Source: Histomonas meleagridis 2922-C6/04-290x (lineage: Eukaryota; Protista; Parabasalia). Taken from it: DNA of 64,000 nt. Every line of letters begins with the position of its first letter. Within the stretch, counting starts at the first letter, position 1. Position numbers and translations under genes: made by a program. The notes below the pieces were generated by a model, which saw only the letters and a list, made by a program, of their open reading frames with translations, searched no databases and had not been told where the DNA came from. Positions 54,983 to 64,000 of this stretch are shown here, piece by piece. The stretch is taken from the NCBI GenBank assembly GCA_020184695.1, contig JAANOX010000068.1, forward strand, positions 124,001-188,000, given 5' to 3'.

Positions 54983-55765
54983 ATGAAGCAAGACAAACTC
55001 GAAGTGACCTTTATTGATGATAGAAACAACCCGAATCATCGTCCCCATCATGTATTTCATTGCACCTGCAACGTGTGTGAAGGTACTTGCATTGCTAAAG
55101 AAAATTCTCATCACGAAGGAGAAAAATTACAATTTTACCATGACTCCTCATTGCACTCTATACTACCTAAATTTTTCGGGATATATCCCTCAACAAAACA
55201 ATCTTATATGATAATTGAAGACATGGATAATGGATTTATCTCACCTTGTCATTGTGATATTAAGCTTGGTACTCGTCAATGGGACATTACAGCATCCGAA
55301 AAGTTTCGTGTGAAATTAATTCGCAAGAATGCGGAATCCATCTCTCACATTCTTGGTATTCGTCTTGTTTCAATGCGAATCCAAAGAAACAGAAAAATAA
55401 TTGTCGACACAACAAAATCACAAAACTGTTACCTTACCAAAGAACAATTTATTCAGCAACTTCATGATTTTATTCCAAATCAAATTCTTCCAAGTACAAT
55501 AAAAAGACTTAAACGAATAAACAAAATTTATTCTGCATACATAAAAGAGAACCCGGGCTTCAGACTGTATGCAAGCTCATTGTTTATGTCATACGACGCA
55601 GATGATTTGTTAAAGGAGCCGAGATTAGTTCTGATCGACTTTGCACATTCACATTCGGATATAAGAAAAGAGGGATATAAAATAAGCGATACATCACTTG
55701 ATGATGGAGTAGAGTTTGGGTTAAAGAATCTCCTCCACATCATCAAAACTTTTTTGGATTATTGA
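54983..55765 (+). CDS. Inositol polyphosphate kinase (IPK/IPMK family)
   Basis: PCHCDIKLG (PxxxDxKxG), ASSLFMSYD, LIDFAH. Confidence 0.9.
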   Translation: MKQDKLEVTFIDDRNNPNHRPHHVFHCTCNVCEGTCIAKENSHHEGEKLQFYHDSSLHSILPKFFGIYPSTKQSYMIIEDMDNGFISPCHCDIKLGTRQWDITASEKFRVKLIRKNAESISHILGIRLVSMRIQRNRKIIVDTTKSQNCYLTKEQFIQQLHDFIPNQILPSTIKRLKRINKIYSAYIKENPGFRLYASSLFMSYDADDLLKEPRLVLIDFAHSHSDIRKEGYKISDTSLDDGVEFGLKNLLHIIKTFLDY

Positions 55766-56571
55766 AATCCATTGGATGTACGATAGAGAATTCAATGGTT
55801 AATTTATCGTTTCGCTTCTGTAATAATTTATGGCGAATATTGTAAATACAAAACAAAAAGAAAAGATAATATATTTAATTTTCATTATTGATGATATCAT
55901 TCATTTTTGTTTATTAAAAATTTGTCCCTTAATTTTTTTTAAAATAGAACTATAAAAGAAATTATAAATTTAATATAAGTTGTAAATTGAGAAAAAGAAC
56001 AAATGAAATTCCTTTTTACAAATATTCGCAAAAATGCTTTGTTTGTTCAAAAAATCAAGAGGACGGTAACCAGATCATTCTCTGCACGATTTTCTTTATA
56101 CTTAAAATTTAGAATTAACTGATGAAAAAAATGATCTTTTTTACTTCTACAAAAAGAATTTTGGTCATTTTAAAGATATTCGTGATCATTTTTTCATTTC
56201 ATTATGAACAGTGCGAAAAAACTGAAAAGGAAATGGTAATTTTGATGGATCACCTCTACGATAGGAAGGAAGTTCGGCCAGTTAATGCATTTGCACAAAT
56301 TCGAATAGTTCACTAGAAATCGAACATAGTTCATCACAAATATCTCAAAAAATGATTATTTTTGAGATTCTTTACAATTTTGAAAAATATTGCTATAAAA
56401 CCTCTCATTTGTAAAAGAAATTTGAGTGATTATTCCAATTTTTCACCGAATAATACACATTAATACAATTATTATATTTGCATAATTTGTTTTCGTATGA
56501 ATTTTAACTTGGACTTTCATTATCAAAACCAAATATTCGAAAAGTGGTCTTATATCTGATAAATCGAAAAT

Positions 56572-56902
56572 GATAATTTGATATTTTTAAAATTCATTTA
56601 AATCATTTCAAATTTCAATGTATTTTTTGGGAATTGTTATTATAATTTCATACACCTCTTATCTATGCAATTGAAAATGGGAATGCAGATGTTGTAAGAT
56701 TGCTTCTTGATTCAGGAAAAGTTAACATAAATTCTATAAATGTTTATTTATTATTTGCAAAATCTATTTATATAATTTAATGTTAAAAAATGATTTTCGG
56801 AATCTACTTAAAATTTATAAAACCCAACTTGTGATAGCATCTGAAAAAAATAAATATGATATTATCCGATTAATAACAGATCAAATTGATATAATGTTCT
56901 AG
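56572..56902 (+). pseudogene. Ankyrin C-terminal fragment with two 80-nt interrupted loops
   Basis: 56572-56651 and 56742-56821 each equal 4x(17+3) and decode to KQGH-TPLIYAIENG and KNGK-TQLVIASEKN. The upstream part is degraded. Confidence 0.7.
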
Positions 56903-57136
56903 TATTCAAAATATACCAAACAACAATAATAATGGTTAATTTAGGTAAAATAAAAATTATTTTAGTCGAATCATTACATTTATAAAGGGATAAGAAAAAA
57001 CTGAAAACCCTTTTGAATATATAATAAAATATTTCACCAAATGTTTGAGTAAATTTATAAAAAGAAAATAATTTAAAATGATGCAATTTAATTATTCTTG
57101 TTAAATACATTTAACAGCTCTATGTTAATTTATTCT

Positions 57137-57159
57137 TATATATATATATATATATATAT
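57137..57159. repeat. (TA)n microsatellite
   Basis: About 11 TA units. Confidence 0.9.
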
Positions 57160-57950
57160 TCTATTGAATCGACCTATAAAAGGTATAGATTTCCTTAATT
57201 TTACCACCAGTTTTTATTTCGTAGGTATCATCCACCTTCAAAAGCACATTTTTCTCATTTTATACTATTTGTAGTGTTTTATTCTTCTTAGATGTTAGGT
57301 ATTGAATATTTTTTCCATACAAAGCACTGACAACTTATAATAATACTTTTATTTCGACTCTATCAGGACATGCTCGGATCGATTTTTCTTCTAATTTCTA
57401 ATTGTTTCAAGAAATTATAATATCCAAAAATAGTGATATTTTTTATAGCATATGTTAGTTTATAAGGTATTTCTGTTTTATTTTCGAAAAAAATCAATAT
57501 ATTTTAATCGTATCCACATAAAGTATTGAAATAAAAACACTTTTTCAAGATGATTTTTAACGGTCCACTCGGTTGTCTGATTGAAATTCAAATTTTCAGA
57601 AGTAAATATTTACTTTCAAAATTTTGAATGCATTCATAAATTTGACAATACACAATGGAGAAATCCTATCTTTCCCCTATTTAGAACAACAAAATTTTGA
57701 GTCTATACCAACTATTATAATGTAGTGGCTTTTATAAGCTCTTATTTTCTTGAATATTACCTTATGTTACATACTGAAATTTCATTGATTGATATTCTTA
57801 TTTAGTAATTCTCCTTCCAGTGTCTTTACATTAGCTGTTTGAAATTTGTTATTTGGCATGAATTTCATTCTCTGTATTGTGAAGATAAGGGATCAATGTT
57901 TCTCAATTTCCATTAAGACAAAAGTGACGTTTAAAAATTTTCATCACAAA

Positions 57951-58766
57951 ATGGGCTGCAATTGTAGTTATATCGAAATGGGTTATGATGACTTCGATAT
58001 TATGGAATCTCTCCCTGATGGCTTCAACGAAGAAGATATCGAGAATGTTCGAAATAGAGGAAATGAATATGTCAACATGTCGGTTTTATATTCTATTGGT
58101 ATTGAATGCCAAACATTAGCAACCCGTGAATTTCCTCATTCAATGAAAAAATCATGCTTTTTATGTATCAATACTATCAATCCAATTTCAAAAGAAGAAA
58201 AAATCAACTCCATAAATGATTCTATTGCCATAGCGCAATCTTTTCGTAAGCTTGGTTATAATGTTTATTTTGTCATTAACCCAGTATCAACTGTTTTTTT
58301 CTCATGTTTTAGAATTTTTCTCTCACAAACGACAAACAGTGTTGTACTTGGATTTTTTGGGTACACTAGGGACGTCATTTCAGAAAACAAAAACTCTAAT
58401 TTACTTTTCTTCAATAATGAATTAATTCCATGTTCAAGAATAAATGACTTTATCAATGCTTACAAAGTTCCTACGTCAAGGCTCCTTTGTATGTTCGATT
58501 GTAGTCATATTAAAGATACAAATGACCTTCCATCGAAATCAATATTTATTTCAGATAATCTTCCTCCAAATACAACAATGATTTCAATCGAAGTCAACGA
58601 AGGAGACCCAAAGTCTCAAAGTACAGAAATCAATTCACAGGGATATCTATCATTTTCTCTATGTCGTATCTTTTCAACAAATACAAGCATTACAATGGAC
58701 GAAATCGAGAACTCTGTTAATGAAGAGGTTCAACGATTTGGGTTTCATGTTGTAAGGTATGGATAG
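57951..58766 (+). CDS. Metacaspase-like protein, probably catalytically inactive
   Basis: MGCNCS N-terminus. CFLCINT...NDSIAIAQ...LGYNVYFVINP follows caspase-fold order; FFGYT replaces GHG and DCSH replaces DxCH. Confidence 0.6.
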   Translation: MGCNCSYIEMGYDDFDIMESLPDGFNEEDIENVRNRGNEYVNMSVLYSIGIECQTLATREFPHSMKKSCFLCINTINPISKEEKINSINDSIAIAQSFRKLGYNVYFVINPVSTVFFSCFRIFLSQTTNSVVLGFFGYTRDVISENKNSNLLFFNNELIPCSRINDFINAYKVPTSRLLCMFDCSHIKDTNDLPSKSIFISDNLPPNTTMISIEVNEGDPKSQSTEINSQGYLSFSLCRIFSTNTSITMDEIENSVNEEVQRFGFHVVRYG

Positions 58767-59126
58767 GCTATTCATGTAATATATATTTTTAAAAATATTA
58801 TCATAAATTTTTTCTTGCTCTATTTTCTATAGAATATTTGCCTTTGCACATATGAAAATTTTGATTATCAGAAAGATTTTAACGAGATCAAGTAAATTTT
58901 TTTCTAATTAGGGTCAATATTTCATTATAAACTCATATAATATACATGAAATTCAACGAATTTTATTCCAAATATTCATATGCAACTTGGAGCGTGTGGG
59001 CGAATTTGACTTGTTTTAACTCATCGCTCAAAAGTGCTTTTGAATTGTTTATTTTTATAAATTGAATGCTTTTCCATTTCTGCCCACTTGAGGGCATTTT
59101 TTCATTTCACAACTAGAATTTGTTTT

Positions 59127-59399
59127 ATGGAAGAATTTGAGATTACTGTACTTGGAACACCTTATGTATGGAAACCAATTATCGAATATTTAGAAAAAAA
59201 GAACCCAAACAAAGAAATAAATGAACACGAAGAAGGTGATATTTTTTATTGTATAACGAAATGTTTACTGAACTTTCACAAACAAAACAGTAATTCGAAA
59301 TTATTTACTACAAAAATATTTATTCATATTAGTGACTTCTTGAATATTCTTTGCATTTCCATTTGTGACGTAATGAACATATATGCCGATTCCAAATAA
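59127..59399 (+). CDS. Small hypothetical protein
   Basis: ATG ORF of 90 codons with protein-like composition; overlaps the possible VPS13 3' extension. Confidence 0.35.
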   Translation: MEEFEITVLGTPYVWKPIIEYLEKKNPNKEINEHEEGDIFYCITKCLLNFHKQNSNSKLFTTKIFIHISDFLNILCISICDVMNIYADSK

Positions 59400-59429
59400 C
59401 TTTTATTTCTACCTCGAAACGCAATTGAC

Positions 59430-62400
59430 TTAATGGAATAAGTTATACTTTTTACTTTTGAAAGTAATTTTCAATTCATTTTTGGACATATTTATGTTTA
59501 CGATATTTCCGATTAATTCTTTTTCCAAAATTTTTGATACCTTTAAATCCATTATATAAATGTTTGTACATGTTATACAAAGGAAATTACTTTTGTTTTT
59601 GATCATTACTTTAATTTGATTTATTACACTTGTTGAAATTAATTTTTGTGCATTCGCAACATTATCATTATAAACGTTAATTCTATTTTCTAAATATGCT
59701 CTCATTGGTCGTGATTGTTTTATATTTTCCATTGATTGTAATTTCTTCATTTTATCAATCGAAAGTTCAGTTATAACACCTGCCAAACCTACTCCATAAC
59801 TATAGCATGGAATTTCTTTAATTTTAATTCCAATGTTTTTATTATTGTTTTGAATACCCTTTATAATTGATGTAATATTTAAATTATTTTCATTAATTTG
59901 TTCAATAATTTGATTCATAATTTCATTAGAAAAATATTTGTGCGTCACTTTTCTGTTATCGTACTCATCGTTAACCGTCCGGCTAAATATAAATATTTCA
60001 CTTGTTAATTCACTTTTAAGTGATGAAATGTTTAATTGTTTCGCAATTATTGAAGTAACTTTAAACGCATTTAATATAGCACCACTCGCTCCAAGCATTT
60101 GTATTATTTTATTTAACATTTCTCGTTTATAATCATCTGCGAATTTATTAATTAATGATTCAATTTGATCAACTAAGTTCGAAACAAAAATTCCTGGAAT
60201 TATAATTTCTTTGGAATTTATTGGTATCAAGTTAATGTATTTATAAAAACTTGGTGTCTTACCATAAAAAGAAGGTCTTTTACTTGATCCTTCGAAAGAA
60301 ACGACAAGGAAAATTGGACTTATTTCGAGCCAATTTATATTAATTAAAGAAATTGATTTTGTTTTTATAGTTTTTGCAGGTTGAATTGTTTTCTTTTTAT
60401 TAATTTTCTTGAATAAACTTATGATATATATTAAGTCAGTAATGAAACCTGAATTAATATTTATGTCGATTCTTTGTAATTTTAATGATATGAATTTAAA
60501 TGATGATAAAAATGGTACATCATTTGGACATATGCATTGTAATGATACAAATGGTTCATTATTATCATTTCTTCCATATAAAATTGTGGAATTATTTTTC
60601 GTTGTTGGTAATTGATCATCGATTTGTATGTTCTTTAATGCAAATTTTACAGATGTATCATTTTCACTTTGTAGAATCGATGTCGTAATTTCATTTAATG
60701 TTAATAAAAGAAATTCTTTCATTTGTTGATCGATAATCGAAATGAAAATTTTATTAATTTGGATATCAAATGAAAATTTCGGAGTTGTTAATTGTATATT
60801 TTCATTTGTGTTATCATTATATGTAATAATTACCATTCGAGTGCCAATTGCATTTGGTTTAATTTGAATGTAAATTGGTTTTCCTTTATATTCTTTGTCC
60901 ATTTTAATAAGTTGTGTATCTTCGATTAATGATATGTTATAATTACAATTATCAAATAAGATTTGCATTGATGGATAAGCAAATGGTTCATCAAACGCAA
61001 AAATCGAAGTGGAATTTGGTAATACTTCAAATGGTTTGAAACAAATAAATTGAAATGCAAATATTAATGTATCCAATTCATTGACAATTGTTATTGGAGT
61101 AGGGAATTGTATTGGATTAAACTTAATGATATAACCCGTTTCTGATTTAGTTACATCAAGTTCCATAAAAATACTTTTCTTTGTGTTTTGAACTCTGAAA
61201 ACGGTTTTTCTGGGTTCAAATATTGAAATTACAGGGTAGGTCAAAAAACCGTCGACTTTTATATAGTAATAACCGTTTTTGGGAACAGTTGTTATTAAAA
61301 ACTCTGAATTTGGATTGCATACGATTGAATTGCCGATGGTTTTTCCTTTGAATTTGTCATTTGCCACATCATTCATAACTTTATTCGGATCAAAATTCGG
61401 TAATTCATCAGTTGGTAAAAGAGAAAATTGAACGTCTAAGTTATTAATAATTTTAATTGATGAAAAGAAAGTTAAAATTACTGTTTCATAATTGTGACTT
61501 AAATTATAAGTTATTGGTACAAATAACTTTTTGTTGTTACAAGAAGGTAATAATAAAGTCGAATAACCAGAATGACTACAATCAATAATTTCATTTGATT
61601 CATTTGATATACTCATTGCTTTAATTTTAATTTTTAATGATTTGTTTTCTTCATTTAGAAATATTGATTCAGGGCAATAATTATTATTTGCTGAATTTGG
61701 TTGAATTAATATTTCATTATTAATGTACAAAAGTAAATTCGATTCATTATATATAATACATGGTGTATATATTATTATTGACATTTCTTCTTCATTTCTT
61801 TCGATGAAGTAAAGAATTGTTTCGAATTTATTTGTCTTTGAATTAAATATTTCAAAGCTTTCAAACGTTTCACTCGAAAAATCGATTTTAACATTTGTCC
61901 AATTCTTTCCATCATTTGATATCTTTAATTTCATTATGTCTTTAGTTATAACATCTTCATAAAATATATCATTTTTACCATACGATTTTATCGTAATCGG
62001 AATATCATTATCAGTTTTACGGATATAAATATGATAAGGTAAATGGTTCTTAATATTCCATTGTGATTTTATAGAAAATACTTTAATTCCTGATGATGTA
62101 TCAATATAAGAAGTTTTGATACAATTAAATACAGTTTCCGATGTAATAACTTGAAATATTTCAGATTTATCATTTAAACAAGAAATCCCAAATAAATTAT
62201 ATTTCTTAGATAATGTATATATACTTGGAATGATTGTATAATAATTAGTTTTATTAGGTGATGATATAAATAATGGAAATCGTTTCTTGGGATTTAAAAA
62301 ACCTAATTTTTTAAGTGCTTTAGTTTGTTCATCTTTAATATATAGATCAAATGGAATTGAAATTTTATTTTCGATTTGTATTGGACTTTGAAGTTTTATT

Positions 62401-64000
62401 AATGTCGAACCTTTATAAGGAATTTTTATTACACAAATTGTTATATTATTTGAAGTTATATAAGTTGGATAAGAAATTATATCAAACGAAAATTTAAATT
62501 GTATATTTTTATATTTAAATTCAATAAGATTTGAATCGTTTTTAGTTATTGGAAGTATTTCTTGTGGTAATAATTTGAGATCAACTCCTTGTTCTTTAAT
62601 GAGTATAAATGTATCAAGTTCATTTGTTATTGATAATGACGAATGTTCTAAATATTTAGAAGTAAACATTCGTTGTGAATTATTTATTTGTGATTTTAAT
62701 AATTTTATAATTTTTTGTAATCTTAAAACAGTAAAAATTGGCAAATTAATATTAAAGTTATCTAAAATTTTCAATTGCATTTGTATAATGTCATTTATTA
62801 AGACGAATATAAATGATAAATGAAATGGTTCAATGATATAATCAAAAGAACCTGTAACATTATTAAAGAATTCTAAATAAGGAGAAAAGTTAATAATATA
62901 TGCTGTCGATGTTGAATTCTTTGCAATATTTGTATTAATTTCTGGAATAGTAAATTGAAGTATTGGTATAATCGACGATTTTAATGATCGATTATCTTCA
63001 CATAAAATAATTTGAATCGGGTCGAATGACGTTATGTTAATTGCTTTTATTTGTATCATTTGTTTTTCTGTAGTTTTTTCATATGAAAATGTTTTCAATT
63101 CAATTGTTTCCTTTATTGAATCAAAGATTTGTTTAAATAATAAAATATCAAAAACAGAAATTTGGATACTTAAGTTATCTATATTTGTATCAATTGAAAT
63201 TCCTTTTTCATTTTTAGTGAAATTAATTTTAAACCCAAAGTTTGATATTATTGGTGAATAATTTTGATTTATCATTGGATTAGTTACTAAAACAGAAAAG
63301 TTTCCAGATATTATTGTTAATTTTTTAGCTGACATTTCTAAAAGTAAACTAAAAGTTATATTTAAATTCATATTCTCTTTTGGATTTAATGAAGAAGGTA
63401 TAATAATATTAATCACTGGGATATTCGATATAATTTTAATTGGTAAACTTCGAAATGATTCTAATGAATATTTTGATTTTGGTTGATTTTCATTTACTAA
63501 AGTTTTAGTGTTTGTTGTAGTTAATTCTAATAAAGGTGATGACATTATAAATGTAATAATTGATGTAATAAATTGATAATCAAAATAAATTTGGAACTTT
63601 GATAGTGTAAAATATAATTGTTTCTCTTTATATTGCATATTAATTAAAGAATCTTCAGTTAGTGTTTGAATTATTGGAATAGATTTACCATCTTTAGATA
63701 AAACATTAACTTTAGATACAATTAAATTTATTATTTCATTTGAATAATTTAAGTCAATTCTTGTTAATAAAAATGATAAAATTGGATCATTAGCCATTAA
63801 CATTAAAATTTGTAAGTCATCTAATTGTATTTCAAACTTAAATGGAATTTTCGGTAATTTAAAATCATTACTATTGTTAAACTTTGGTAATTTATCAATA
63901 TCAAATAATAAACAATTAATTATAGTTGATGCAAATAAATGTGAATACATAATTTGTATCTTTTTTATATTAAAAATCATATTAATATCTTCAATTTTAA
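59430..64000 (-). CDS. VPS13: VPS13-family lipid transfer protein, C-terminal part; 5' end outside window
   Basis: FFNNVTGSFDYIIEP (VPS13 YFN...WEPLIEP), beta-rich VAB-like repeats, FAFDEP, APT1/ATG2_C-like region. The frame is open to base 64000. A possible -1 shifted C-terminal extension runs to 59324. Confidence 0.8.
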   Translation of the reverse strand, partial: KIEDINMIFNIKKIQIMYSHLFASTIINCLLFDIDKLPKFNNSNDFKLPKIPFKFEIQLDDLQILMLMANDPILSFLLTRIDLNYSNEIINLIVSKVNVLSKDGKSIPIIQTLTEDSLINMQYKEKQLYFTLSKFQIYFDYQFITSIITFIMSSPLLELTTTNTKTLVNENQPKSKYSLESFRSLPIKIISNIPVINIIIPSSLNPKENMNLNITFSLLLEMSAKKLTIISGNFSVLVTNPMINQNYSPIISNFGFKINFTKNEKGISIDTNIDNLSIQISVFDILLFKQIFDSIKETIELKTFSYEKTTEKQMIQIKAINITSFDPIQIILCEDNRSLKSSIIPILQFTIPEINTNIAKNSTSTAYIINFSPYLEFFNNVTGSFDYIIEPFHLSFIFVLINDIIQMQLKILDNFNINLPIFTVLRLQKIIKLLKSQINNSQRMFTSKYLEHSSLSITNELDTFILIKEQGVDLKLLPQEILPITKNDSNLIEFKYKNIQFKFSFDIISYPTYITSNNITICVIKIPYKGSTLIKLQSPIQIENKISIPFDLYIKDEQTKALKKLGFLNPKKRFPLFISSPNKTNYYTIIPSIYTLSKKYNLFGISCLNDKSEIFQVITSETVFNCIKTSYIDTSSGIKVFSIKSQWNIKNHLPYHIYIRKTDNDIPITIKSYGKNDIFYEDVITKDIMKLKISNDGKNWTNVKIDFSSETFESFEIFNSKTNKFETILYFIERNEEEMSIIIYTPCIIYNESNLLLYINNEILIQPNSANNNYCPESIFLNEENKSLKIKIKAMSISNESNEIIDCSHSGYSTLLLPSCNNKKLFVPITYNLSHNYETVILTFFSSIKIINNLDVQFSLLPTDELPNFDPNKVMNDVANDKFKGKTIGNSIVCNPNSEFLITTVPKNGYYYIKVDGFLTYPVISIFEPRKTVFRVQNTKKSIFMELDVTKSETGYIIKFNPIQFPTPITIVNELDTLIFAFQFICFKPFEVLPNSTSIFAFDEPFAYPSMQILFDNCNYNISLIEDTQLIKMDKEYKGKPIYIQIKPNAIGTRMVIITYNDNTNENIQLTTPKFSFDIQINKIFISIIDQQMKEFLLLTLNEITTSILQSENDTSVKFALKNIQIDDQLPTTKNNSTILYGRNDNNEPFVSLQCICPNDVPFLSSFKFISLKLQRIDININSGFITDLIYIISLFKKINKKKTIQPAKTIKTKSISLININWLEISPIFLVVSFEGSSKRPSFYGKTPSFYKYINLIPINSKEIIIPGIFVSNLVDQIESLINKFADDYKREMLNKIIQMLGASGAILNAFKVTSIIAKQLNISSLKSELTSEIFIFSRTVNDEYDNRKVTHKYFSNEIMNQIIEQINENNLNITSIIKGIQNNNKNIGIKIKEIPCYSYGVGLAGVITELSIDKMKKLQSMENIKQSRPMRAYLENRINVYNDNVANAQKLISTSVINQIKVMIKNKSNFLCITCTNIYIMDLKVSKILEKELIGNIVNINMSKNELKITFKSKKYNLFH

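Noticed and set aside
16395-63261. Numerous short antisense or alternate-frame ORFs overlapping the called genes (e.g. 16395-16823, 25542-25988, 28235-28558, 32053-32430, 33419-33727)
   Set aside because: Shadow ORFs of real CDSs with no independent protein features.

Overview
AT-rich eukaryotic genomic DNA, inferred to be from a parabasalid (Tritrichomonas/Trichomonas-like). The inference rests on BspA-type LRR surface proteins, DUF3447-type ankyrin genes, very short intergenic regions, TCACT Inr-like and AACGGTT M3-like promoter motifs, and the absence of recognisable spliceosomal introns. A compact housekeeping core (about 16.4-43 kb) encodes CSN6, a cyclin, two Rho-family GTPases, GluRS, a bromodomain protein, MYCBP, reticulon-, VAP- and Src1-like proteins, OSBP, DNAAF1 and an ALG5-like protein. 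NF1-like, Myb, IPK, metacaspase-like and VPS13 genes lie further right. Accessory DNA includes four BspA genes plus a remnant, a Mutator remnant, a Tc1 (DD34E) element with a C-terminal Myb domain, and a tyrosine-recombinase gene bracketed by 44-bp inverted repeats. Main discovery: in three separate ankyrin genes, on both strands, the codons of each repeat's beta-hairpin loop (D-x-x-G-x-T) are dispersed as single codons separated by T-rich 17-nt spacers. D-to-T gaps are therefore typically 12+17n nt (29, 46, 63, 80). Deleting each 17-mer restores the frame and gives textbook loops (ENGQ, KDGN, ENGY, KNGW, NYGQ, DQGW, KDGK, KNGK). The spacers have no GT-AG or usable AT-AC borders, which suggests an undescribed 17-nt skipping or recoding system. 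All analysis was done by eye, without database searches.
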